DNA of 64,000 bases from Malacoraja senta (taxonomy: Eukaryota). Each line of letters begins with the position of its first letter. Positions within the stretch are counted from its first letter, which is position 1. The stretch spans positions 11,844,001-11,908,000 of the forward strand of contig CM075992.1 of NCBI GenBank assembly GCA_038087875.1, read 5' to 3'. Made by a program: the position numbers and the translations under genes. The notes under the pieces were generated by a model that ran no database searches, was not told where the DNA came from, and was given only the letters and a program-made list of their open reading frames with translations. Below, in pieces: positions 52,368-62,800 of the stretch.

Positions 52368-53984
52368 TCAGGAACCCGGTGCCGGCATCCTCGATGAGGT
52401 GGGTTTCCTGTGGCGTAACCCAAGGTGTCGTTGGGGGGGCCTACTTGTTCCACCCCCTTCTGGGCTAGCTGCTTCCTCCATCTCCTGTAGCTGGGGTACG
52501 GTGGCTGGTTCCCTGCTCCCAGTTGCCCGGAGCTGTGGCCCATTGGCCTCTGCGCTGCTCCCGGTCGCCCGGAGCTGTGGCCCATTGGCCTCTGCAATGC
52601 TCCCTGTATCCCAGAGCTGGGGCCCATTGGCCACTGCAATGCTCCCAGTCGCCCGGAGCTGGGGCCCATCGGCCTCTGCACTGCTCCCTGTATCCCGGAG
52701 CTGGGGCCCATCGGCCACTGCAATGCTCCCTGTATCCCGGAGCTGGGCCCCATCGGCCGCTGCGATGATCCCGGTCTCCAGGGGCTGAAGCCCCTCGGCC
52801 GCTGCTCTGCTCTCGGTCTCCTGGGGCTGGGGGATGATCGGCGTGGCCTTTCTCTTTTCCCTCCCCTGTTTTCTTCCTCTGCCTCCATCGTTGGGACTTC
52901 CCGGTCGCCTCATCCTCCGACGAGGAGAGGTTGCTGCCTTCTGTCAGGGAGAGAGATCTTTTTTGTGATTTATTTTTGGACTTACCAGCCCTTTCCGACC
53001 TCGGCTCCTTCGGCTGAACCCTCTGGTGCTTCTTGTACGTCACTGTCGTCCATTTCTCCTGCTGTTCCCCCCCCTCCATCGACTCTCCCTCCTGGGCAGG
53101 GTGCTGGGGGTCTCCTTCAGGCACTTGGTGGCTCGAGGTGGTCGGGCTGTCCTCGTCCTTGTTCCCCCTTTCTGCTGCAGTCTTGGCAGTGGTGAGGGGT
53201 GTCTCACCCACCCTGGGGGTGCTGGCAGCAGCCCTCTTGTCACCTGTGCATAGGTGCAGGCTCTTTTAGGGCAAGCCCTGTAAAGGTGGCCTGCCTCCCC
53301 GCACAGGTTGCAGTTCTAGCTGGCCTGACAGTCCTTTGTCTCATGGCCCTCCGTCTTGGCAGTTCTTGCAGACAACTGCAGTGCATTGGACCATCACATG
53401 CCCAGGCTTGTTGCATTTCCTGCACAGCCTGGGCTGCCCCACGTAGCTCATGTATCCTCGGTTTCCTCCAATTGCGAAAACCGAGGGAGGGTGGAGGAAT
53501 GCTCCGTCCTTGTCCACCCTCAGCTTTATCTTGACTTGCCGCTTGCTCGTCCAGATCCCATGCAGGTCCTTCACGTCCACGCAGCTCCCTGTTCCCTCAA
53601 CATAAGAGGCAAGGAAGCTAAGGACATCCACTACGGGCACCTGTGGGTTAAACATATGCACCGTGATCATCCTTTCCTTCTGGGTGGGGAGAGTGAAGAG
53701 CGGCTGCACTTTCAGCAGCAACAGCGGAGCTTCATTCCCCTTCTCCCGGATGTCATCCATCAACTTTTGCCATCCCGTCGGATACTTGAAGGTAACGTCA
53801 AAGTATCCGTTACCCGGGAAGTCCTGGAGGCAGCAGATGTCCTTGGCCTCAAATTTGCAGGCCCCCAGCAAGATCTTCTTCACGAACAGGTCCCGTGAGA
53901 AGGGAACCCCTTGCTGAGGTCCTTAACGCTGATTCTCAGGGTATTGCAGATACCCTGTACTCCCGCTCCAGTTGCTGCTGCCAT
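52368..53984 (-). pseudogene. Tx1 ORF1 (ZCCHC3-like nucleic-acid-binding region + zinc knuckles + low-complexity tail), frameshifted
   Basis: ATG at 53984 (MAAATGAG). Motifs FDVTF, DLHGIWT and GNRGYMSYVGQPRLCRKCNKPGHVMVQC. Confidence 0.82.
52513..52766 (-). repeat. 42-bp coding tandem repeat (6 x 14 aa) in Tx1 ORF1 tail
   Basis: (I/S)A(A/V/E)A(D/N)G(P/A)QL(R/W)(D/A)TGS repeated six times. Confidence 0.9.
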
Positions 53985-54156
53985 TGTGGCTCAACGAGGT
54001 GTTAGGTTGCTTGCCCAAACCGGCATAGATCCACCTCTAAGCCCGCAGCCGACCGATTCCTCATCACCAATTTCGCTCCGCGATCCACGGCCCTTGTCCC
54101 CAAGGGACCGCCAGAACTGTTCTAATTAAGAACAGATAGTCTCTTTTACTCAAATA

Positions 54157-54212
54157 CTCATCCTGGGAGAACCTCCTTGGTGATCAAGGTCTCTCCCCTG
54201 CCAGGTAAGAAT
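54157..54212 (-). ncRNA. U1 snRNA-derived fragment (nt ~1-56, incl. stem-loop I), inner head of Tx1
   Basis: ATTCTTACCTGGCAGGGGAGAGACCTTGATCACCAAGGAGGTTCTCCCAGG matches the human U1 5' end (as recalled) at 45/51. It is a fragment, not a gene. Confidence 0.9.
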
Positions 54213-54239
54213 CAGGTAGGTTACGACGGAATGAGCGGA

Positions 54240-54264
54240 GGTGTCTCCCCTGCCAGGTAAGTAT
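54240..54264 (-). ncRNA. U1 snRNA-derived fragment (nt 1-25), outer head of Tx1
   Basis: ATACTTACCTGGCAGGGGAGACACC begins exactly at U1 +1 and matches human U1 (as recalled) at 24/25. Confidence 0.92.
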
Positions 54265-54763
54265 CTGAACGTTGCCTATTTCCTTTGCTCCATAGATACA
54301 CCTGTTACTGTTAGACGATCAGGCAGGATCCATAAACCAGTAGTCAGATTAGGTTTTTAAGTTAAGTAACTCACTGTCTAGGTAGAATGAAAATGTGTAA
54401 ATATGTAAAATAAATATATTGTGTTATCATTTAAAATCTGACCCACTGACAACTCTCCTTTTTTGTGCCAGATTCCAAATCTGTCCTATCCATGTACAGT
54501 ATCTAACAACATCCAATTCGCCAGCTCACCTTGGATTCCTGACTAGTCTACCATGTGGGACCTTGTCAAAGACCTTCCAAAGTCCATATAGACAACATTG
54601 CCCAACCCCCATCAATCCTCTTGGTGACTTGATGAAAATCTCAGATTCATTTCCCCAATAAAAAGCCATGCTGGCTATAGAACATGGAATTTTGGAACAA
54701 ACTTGCCATAATGTCCTGTCTGACTGGTTTGTTTGATGCAACTGATGCCAATCACAAGTCATG

Positions 54764-57700
54764 CAGAGAGAGCAGATCGAACAAAGCAGCAGTGAGAAGG
54801 ACTGTTGGCTTGACTTGGTGAGTCTTGAGTGCAGGTTTAAAAAACGGGCAACAGCACTTTAGCCATCTTCGAGTGCAGTTCGGACAAATCACATACTTCC
54901 AAGCTCATCAGAGGAAGGAAGGTTATGAGTGAGTGTGGGGATTGGCTGAACAATTAGATTGGAAGATTGGTAACTTGGACAATTAGGCAATTTAGCGTCT
55001 GATAAAAACAAGACTTGATAAAGGGGTGCGGCCCTGTCGAGGGAAGTGCCCTGTGACAAAGGTGCGAGTCTTTGGCTGTGAGTCTTTGGTGAGGAGGCTG
55101 AGGGAGGACGCCACACCAAACGCTGGAGAGGGAGAGATGAAGGAAGGAAATGTCAAGCAAACTGATCCAGTGTGATGCTCGCAGTATGTGGGAGGTCAAG
55201 GACACCGCTGGTGCCTCTGGCTGCTACAAATGTGAGAAGTGCATCCAGGTACAGCTCCTGAAGGACCGTGTTGGGGAACTGGAGAAGCAAGTGGATGACC
55301 TCAGTTTCATCCGAGAAACTGAGTCGTTCCTCGACAAGTCCTACAGTAAGATTGTTACACCTAAGGTACTGGAAGAGAGGAAGTGGGTGGCGGTGCGAAA
55401 GGGAGGGAAACATGGAATGCAAAGGTCCCCGTGTGTTGTACCTCTTGAGAACAAGTGCACCCACTTAGAGTCTGTCGGGACAGAAGACTTTAATACACTG
55501 AGCGGCGGACTGGCTTGCGAAGCAAAAAGGGCTGTTGAGCCAAAACCAAAGAGGCCAACGTCAGGCAACGCCATGGTAGTTGGAGACCCCATTGTGGGAG
55601 GTACGGACAGGGGTTTCTGCGGGAACAGACGGGATTCGAGGATGGTGTGCAGCCTTGCTGGTGCCAGGATCAAGGATGTCACGGACAGAGTGCATAAAAT
55701 CCTCAATGGCGAAGGTGAACAGCCGGAAGTGGTAGTGCATGTTGGCACAAACGATGTCGGAAAGAAGGGGATGAATATTCTGCTCGTGACTTCAGAGTGC
55801 TCGGAAAAATGCTGAAAAGCAGGACCTCCAGGTATGTTATCTCCAAGTTGCTTCCAGTTCCTCGTGCTGGCGAGAGCAGGAACAGGGAGATACGGGACCT
55901 GAATGTGTGGCTGAGGAACTGGTGCAGGGGGGCAGGGATTTAGATTCTTAGATCACTGGGATCTGTTTTTGGAGTAAGGGGGAACCGTACAAAAGGGACG
56001 GAGTGCACCTTAACAGGTGGGGGACCAGCATTCTGGCAGGCAGTTTTGCCCCTACTACATGGATGGTTTTTAAATGAATAAAGGGGGTGGGGTGTCAATA
56101 GGATAGTCAAGGACGGAGTTAAAGGTAAAGAGAGTAAAGGGGTAGTTAATGACCCAAGAATTAATGGGAAAGAAAGCTCACAAAGGATAGGAGAGTATGG
56201 CCTAGTGTAAAAGCGATCGATGTGAAAGGTAAGATGTGTAAGGAATTAAAAGTATTGTATTTGAATGTGCAAAGTATAAGTAAAGTAGATGAGCTTGAGG
56301 CTCAGTTAGAGGTTGGTAGATATGACATTGTGGGGATTACTTCGACGTGGCTGCAGGAGAATCGGGCCTGGGAACTTATATTCATGGTTATACATCCTGT
56401 AGAAAGGACAGGCAGGTGGGCAGAGGAGGCGGGGGGTAGGTCTGCTGGTGAGGGATGGAATTCAGTCCCTTGCGAGGGAAGACATAGGGACTGATGAGGT
56501 AGAGTCACTGTGGATTGAGTTGAGGAATTGTAAAGGCAAGAAGACACTAATTGGTGTTATCTACAGACCCCCAAATAGTTGCCCGGATATAGGGTATAAG
56601 TTGCAGCAGGAGTTAAAACTGATGTGTAACAATGGAAATGCTACTGAGGTGATGGGGATTTAAATATGCAGGTAGTCTGGGAAAATCAGGTTGGTTCAGG
56701 ACCCCAAGAAAGAGAGTTTGTAGAATGCCTCCGAGATGGATTCTTGAAACAGCTTGTAATGGAGCCGACCAGAGAAAAGGCAATTCTGGATTTAGTGTTA
56801 TGCATTGAACGAGATCTGATAAGAGAACTCGAGGTAAAGGAACCGCTTGGAGGTAGTGATCATAATATGATTAGTTTTAATCTGCAATTTGAGAAGGAGA
56901 ATGTTAAATCGGAAGTGTCAGTGATGCAGCTGAACAAAGGGGACTATGAAGGCATGATAGGGGAGCGGGCCAAGGTAGACTGGAAAGGGATCCTAGCAGG
57001 AATGATGGTGGAACAGCAATGGCAGGTATTTCTGGGCATAATCCGGAAGACGCAGGATCATTTCATTCCAAAAAGGAAGAAAGAATCAAAGGGGAGTAGG
57101 AGGCAACCGTGGCTGACAAGAGAAGTTAGGGATAAAATAAAAACTAAAAGAAAAGATATATAACACAGCAAAGAATAGCCGGAAGCCAGTGGATTGGGAA
57201 ACTTTCATAGGACAACAGAAGGAAACAAAACGGGCAATACGGGCTGAAAGATGAACTACGAGGGGAAGCTGGCCAGGAATAGAAAGGAGGACAGTAAGAG
57301 CTTCTTTAGATATGTTAAGGGAAAAAGCGTAGCAATGTCAAATGTGGGTCCCTTGAAGGCAGACATTGGTGAAATTATTATGGGTAATAGGAAATGGCAG
57401 AAGAGTTGACCAGGTACTTCGGATCTGTCTTCACTAAGGAAGACACAAACAATGTCCCCAGATGTACTGGAGGACAGAGGATCTAAGGGGGTAGAGGAAC
57501 TGAAAGGGTCCTCAGGGAGGCGGCTCTAGAAATAGTGGACGCATTGGTGATCATTTTCCAATGTTCAATAGATTCAGGATCTGTTCCTGTGGATTGGAGG
57601 ATAGCTAATGTTATCCCGCTTTTCAAGAAAGGAGTGAGAGAGAAAACAGGGAATTACAGACCAGTTAGCCTGACTTTGGTGGTGGGAAAGATGCTGGATT

Positions 57701-59619
57701 CAATTATTAAAGAGGTAATAATGGGGCATTTGGATAGCAGTAAAAGGATTAGTCCAAGTCAACATGGATTTATGAAAGGGAAATCATGCTTGACTAATCT
57801 TCTGGAATTTCTTGAGGATCTGACAAGTAAAATGGATGAAGGGGTGCCAGTGGATGTAGTGTATCTAGACTTTCAGAAAGCCTTTGAAAAACCCCCAACA
57901 TACTTACATTTTTGGAAAAATGCTTCTACCTCAACTCTTAAAATGTGGATTATAAGCATGAGACGCTACATCTTGAAGATATGAGCATCGTCTTAGCAGG
58001 AAAATCAGAGCAATTTTTGAAGATATGGTCTCCTTTCATTGATTCATTACAAGTATAGTATGGTGCAACACAACTTTGGAATTAAACCGTTTCACGGACA
58101 GGGTGATGGGTGTGGTGAGAAATGAAGCAAGTATATCAACACGTTATGGTCCTTTTAAAAAAATATTATTTTGTGTTTTTGTCTTCTTATTCTCTTTTAG
58201 GTTTGTACTTATTTACTCTTTGACTACACTATTTGGTAGTTTAGGGGTTTACATATTCACTATTTATTTCACTTTCTCTCTCTCTTGCTCTTTCTCTCTT
58301 TTTCTATTTCTTCCTTGTTAATTTAAAAATGGAAGATGCACAATAAATGTATTTTGTCATATGCCGCGGTTTATACTACTGTACACTGCTTCTAATAAAA
58401 ATGTAAATAAGAAAGAAAAAAAAGAAAAAAAAGAAAGCCTTTGATAAGGTCCCGCACGGGAGACTGGTGACTAAAATTAGAGCACATGGTATTGGGGGTA
58501 GGGTGTTGACATGGATAGAAAATTGGTTGGCAGACAGGAAGCAAAGAGTAGGAGTGAACGGGTCCTTTTCACAATGGCAGGCAGTGGCGAGTGGAGTGCC
58601 GCAAGGCTCGGTGTTGGGGCCACAACTGTTTACCATATATATTAATGATTTGGAAGAGGGAATTAGGAGCAACACTACCAAGTTTGCGGATGACACAAAG
58701 CTGGGTGGCAGTGTGAACTGTGAAGAGGATGTTTGGAGGTTGCAGGGTGACCTGGACAGGCTGAGTGAGTGGGCAGATGCGTGGCAGATGCAGTATAATA
58801 TAGATAAATGTGAGGTTATCCACTTTGGCGGCAAAAACAAGGGGGCAGATTATTATCTCAATGGTGTTAGGTTAGGTAAGGGAGAGGTGTAGCGAGACCT
58901 GGGCGTCCTTGTACACCAGTCACTGAAAGTTGGCGTGCAGGTACAGCAGGCAGTGAAGAAAGCTAATGGAATGTTGGCCTTCATAACAAGAGGATTTCAG
59001 TATAGGAGTTAAGAGGTTCTTCTGCAGATGTATAGGGCTCTGGTGAGACCACATCTGGAGTATTTTGTACAGTTTTGGTCTCCTAATTTGAGGAAGGACA
59101 TCCTTGTGATTGAGGCATTGCAGCGTAGGTTCACGAGATTAATCCCTGGGATGGCAGGACTGTCATTTGAGGAAAGATTAAAAAGACTAGGCTTGTATTC
59201 ACTGGAGTTTAGGAGGATGAGGGGATCTTATAGAAACATATAACATTATAAAAGGACTGGACAAGCTAGATGCAGGACAACTGTTCCCAATATTGGGCGA
59301 GTCCAGAACCAGGGGCCACAGTCTTATAATAAAGGGGAAGCCATTTAAGACTGAGGTGAGAAAAACCTTTTTCAACCAGAGAGTTGTGAATTTATGGAAT
59401 TCCCTGCCACAGAGGGCAGTGGAGGCCAAGTCACTGGATGGATTTAAGAGAGAGTTAGATAGTGCTCTAGTGGCTAGTGGAATCAAGAGATATGGGGAGT
59501 AGGCAGGCATGGGTTATTGATTGGGGACGATCAGCCATGATCACAATGAATGGCGGTGCTGGCTTGAAGGGCTGAATGGCCTCTTCCTGCACCTATATTC
59601 TATGTTTCTTTGTTTCTAT
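54764..59619 (+). mobile_element. Full-length degenerate CR1-type LINE (second subfamily) with L1 insert
   Basis: ORF1 55150-55815 (CYKCEKC, HVGTND), EN/RT fragments and a (TATGTTTC)n tail. The empty site is visible at 41049-41056. Confidence 0.92.
57888..58431 (+). mobile_element. 5'-truncated L1 (third subfamily) with 13-bp TSD
   Basis: TSD AGAAAGCCTTTGA at 57875-57887 and 58432-58444. Encodes LHFWKNASTSTLKMW and ends in AATAAA plus poly-A. Confidence 0.88.
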
Positions 59620-59879
59620 GGCACAGTTGGGTAAAAGCAATATTATGAAAGCTAGAGTCAACAGACTTTCAAAGGCCATAAAATGTCAGAAACATTCATG
59701 CTGATCAAACAAGGTGGACGGAGGGAAGCTTATTAATTTCACACTGGTAGACGGCTCAAATATCTGAAAGAATTTGAGGAAAAACCGAGTCATCTAAGCT
59801 TTTGAATTGGAATCATCTCGTAGGTAAAAGGTGGGGGAATGGAATTGATATACGGCAGCACTGTAAGGAGAGGTGGGAG

Positions 59880-62800
59880 ATTACAAGTTGAATCAGGAGT
59901 TAAAATTGGCATGTCGTAAAGGTAATGCTACCGTTGTTATGGGAGATTTCAACATGCATGTAGGCTGGGAAAATCAGGTTGGTACTGGACCCCAAGAAAG
60001 GGAGTTTGTGGAGTGCCGCCGTGATGGAATCTTAGAGCAGCTTGTATTGGAGCCTACCTGGGAGAAGGCAATTCTGGATTTGGTGTTATGTAATGAACCG
60101 GATTTGATCAGGGAACTTGAGGTTAAGGAGCCATTAGGAGGTAGTGACTATAATATGGTCAAGTTTAATCTACAATTGGAGAGAGAGAGAAGGGTAAATC
60201 GGAGGTGTCGATGTTACAGTTGAATAAAGGGGGCTATGGAGCCATGAGGGAGAAGCTGGCCAAATTGACTGGAAAAATACCCTAGAAGGGATGACAGTGG
60301 AACAACAATGGCAGGTATATCTGGGAATAATACAGAAGGTGCAGGATCAGAATTCCAAAGGGGGAGAAAGATTCCAAGGGGAATAAGGGGCGACAGTGGC
60401 TGACAAGGGACGTCAGTGACAGTATAAAAATAAAAGAAAAGAAGTACAACATAGCATAGATGACCGGGAAGCAAGAGGATTGGGTAATGCCTAAAGAGCA
60501 ACAGAAGAGAACTAATAAGGCAATACGGGGAGAAAAGATGAGGTACGAAGGTAAGCTAGCCAAGAATATAAAGGAGGATAGTAAAAGCTTCTTTAGGTAT
60601 GTAAAGAAGAAAAAATTAGTTAAGACCAAAGTTGGACCCTTGAAGACTGAAAAAGGTGAATTTATTATGGGGAACAAGTAAATGGCAGATGAGTTGAACA
60701 GGTACTTTGGATCCATCTTCACTAAGGAGGACACAAACAATCTTCCTGATATACTAGTGGCCAGAGGATCTAGGGTGACAGAGGACCTGAAGGAAATCCA
60801 CATTAGGCAGGAAATGGTGTTGGGTAGACCGATGGGACTGAAGGCTGATAAATCCCCAGGGGCCTGCTGGTCTGCATCCCAGCATACTTAAGGGAGTGGC
60901 TCTAGAAATCGTGGATGCATTGGTGATAATTTTCCAGAGTTTTATAGATTCAGGATCAGTTCCTGTGGATATGATGGTAGCTAATGCTATCCCACTTCTT
61001 AAGAAAGGTGAGAGAGAGAAAACAGGGAATTAGAGACCAGTTAGCCCGACATCGGTGGTGGAGAAGATGCTGGAGTCAATTATAAAAGTTGAAATAGCGG
61101 CACATTTGGATAGCAGTAACAGGATCGGTCCGAGTCAGCATGGATTTACGAAGGGGAAATCATGCTTGACTAATCTTCTGGAATTTTTTGAGGATGTAAC
61201 CAGGAAAATGGACAAGGGTGAGCCAGTGGATGTAGTGTACCTGGACTTTCAGAAAGCATTTGGTAAGGTCCTACAAAGGAGATTAGTGGGCAAAATTAGG
61301 GCACATGGTATTGGGGGTAGAGTGCTGACATGGATAGAAAATTGGTTGGCAGACAGGAAACAAAGAGTATGGATTAACGGGTCCATTTCAGAATGGCAGG
61401 CAATGACTAGTGGGGTACCACAAGGCTCGGTGCTGGGACCGCAGCTATTTACAATAAACATCAATGATTTAGATGAAGGGATTCAAAGTAACATTAGCAT
61501 ATTTGCAAATGACACAAAGCTGGGTGGCAGTGTGAACTGTGAGGAGGATGCTATGAGAATGCAGGGTGACTTGGACAGTTTGAGCGAGTGGTCAGGTGCA
61601 TGGCAGATGTAGTTTAATGTGGATAAATGTGAGGTTATCCACTTTGGTAGCAAAACAGGAAGGCAGATTACTATCTAAATGGTGTCAAGTTGGGAAAAGG
61701 GGAAGTACAACAGGATCTGGGGGGTCCTTGTTCATCAGTCAATGAAGGTACGCATGCAAGTACAGCAGGTAGTGAAGCAAGCAAATGGCATGTTGGCCTT
61801 TATAACAAGAGGAGTTGAGTATAGATAAGCTTCAAATTTCCGAAAACACAAATCTGATAAGCTTCAAATTTCCTTTGAACTCCTGAAAAATAATCTTCAC
61901 AAATACCAGGAATCAGTAAAATCTTCAAGAACTAAATATTTTCCACCCTTATCTCCAAAAATGCGCAAAATTCCAAGGTCCTGTTTAGTACCATCACCTC
62001 CATCATCTGTCCTGCCACCAGCACAAGCCTAACTGGGTCCCCTGCTAAGTGCGAGGAATTTACCACATTTTTCACCAGCAAGGTAAAGAACATAAGAATG
62101 AATATTTCCCCTCCCACCCGTGACCTGGCTCTCTCATTGGTCTGTTCTTCAAAATTGGACTGTTTCCAAACCGTTACTCTACCCTCCCTTGTAAAACTGA
62201 TCACCACCATGAAACCTACTACCTGTCCCCTCGACACTGTCCTCTCTGCCCTCCTAAAGGATGTCATTACAACAGCTGGTCCCAGCATCCTCGCCATCTT
62301 CAACAGTTCTCTGGCCACTAGCACTGTACCTACCTGCTTCAAGCATGCGGTGGTCCAACCACTCCTGAAAAAACCTAACGTCGACCCCACCTTGCCAAGC
62401 AACTACAGACCCATTTCTAAAATGCCTTTCCTCTCAAAAGCTCTTGAAAAGGTAATTTTAAGTCAACTTATACCTTACCTTCACCAAAACATTATCTTGG
62501 AAACTTTCCAATCAGGTTTCAGGGCTCACCATAGCACAGAGTCTGCCTTGCTGAAGGTACACAATGAACTACTGCTCACCGTTGACTCCAGCGACTGTGC
62601 AATTCTGCTCCTTCTTGACCTCAGCGCAGCATTTGATACAGTCGACCACACCATCCTAATTGACCGTCTCTGGTATGGGGTTGGTATTGATGGCACTGCC
62701 CTGAGCTGGTTCATCTCCTACCTCAAAGGTAGGAGTTTCTCGACTAACATAGGCAACTCATTCTCCTCCCCAGTTAATCTCTGCTGTGGGGTTCCACAAG

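Larger units (their letters stand above)
48618..54299 (-). mobile_element. Full-length Tx1-clade non-LTR retrotransposon with U1 snRNA-derived 5' end
   Basis: TSD ACCTGTT at 48611-48617 and 54300-54306. AATAAA plus poly-A at the 48.6-kb end; two ORFs. Confidence 0.92.
44362..54440 (+). mobile_element. Ty3/Gypsy LTR retrotransposon (5' LTR, PBS, gag-pol), interrupted by Tx1; 3' LTR missing
   Basis: TGT...ACA LTR and PBS, followed by gag CCHC, protease, RT, RNaseH and integrase. The C-terminal RRSGRIHKPVVRL resumes after 54306. Confidence 0.92.
54480..59879. repeat. Left flank of a fourth duplication unit (54480-54763 + 59620-59879), split by a CR1
   Basis: The two pieces join to match 40770-41314. 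Confidence 0.85.

Noticed and set aside
54157..54264. Functional U1 snRNA genes
   Set aside because: Only nt 1-25 and 1-~56 are present. There is no Sm site, stem-loops II-IV, PSE or 3' box, and both fragments lie inside a retrotransposon's TSD.
61824..61873. 18-bp direct repeat GATAAGCTTCAAATTTCC as a TSD
   Set aside because: Both copies are at the 5' end of the L2, so it is more likely a 5'-junction or internal duplication than a flanking TSD.
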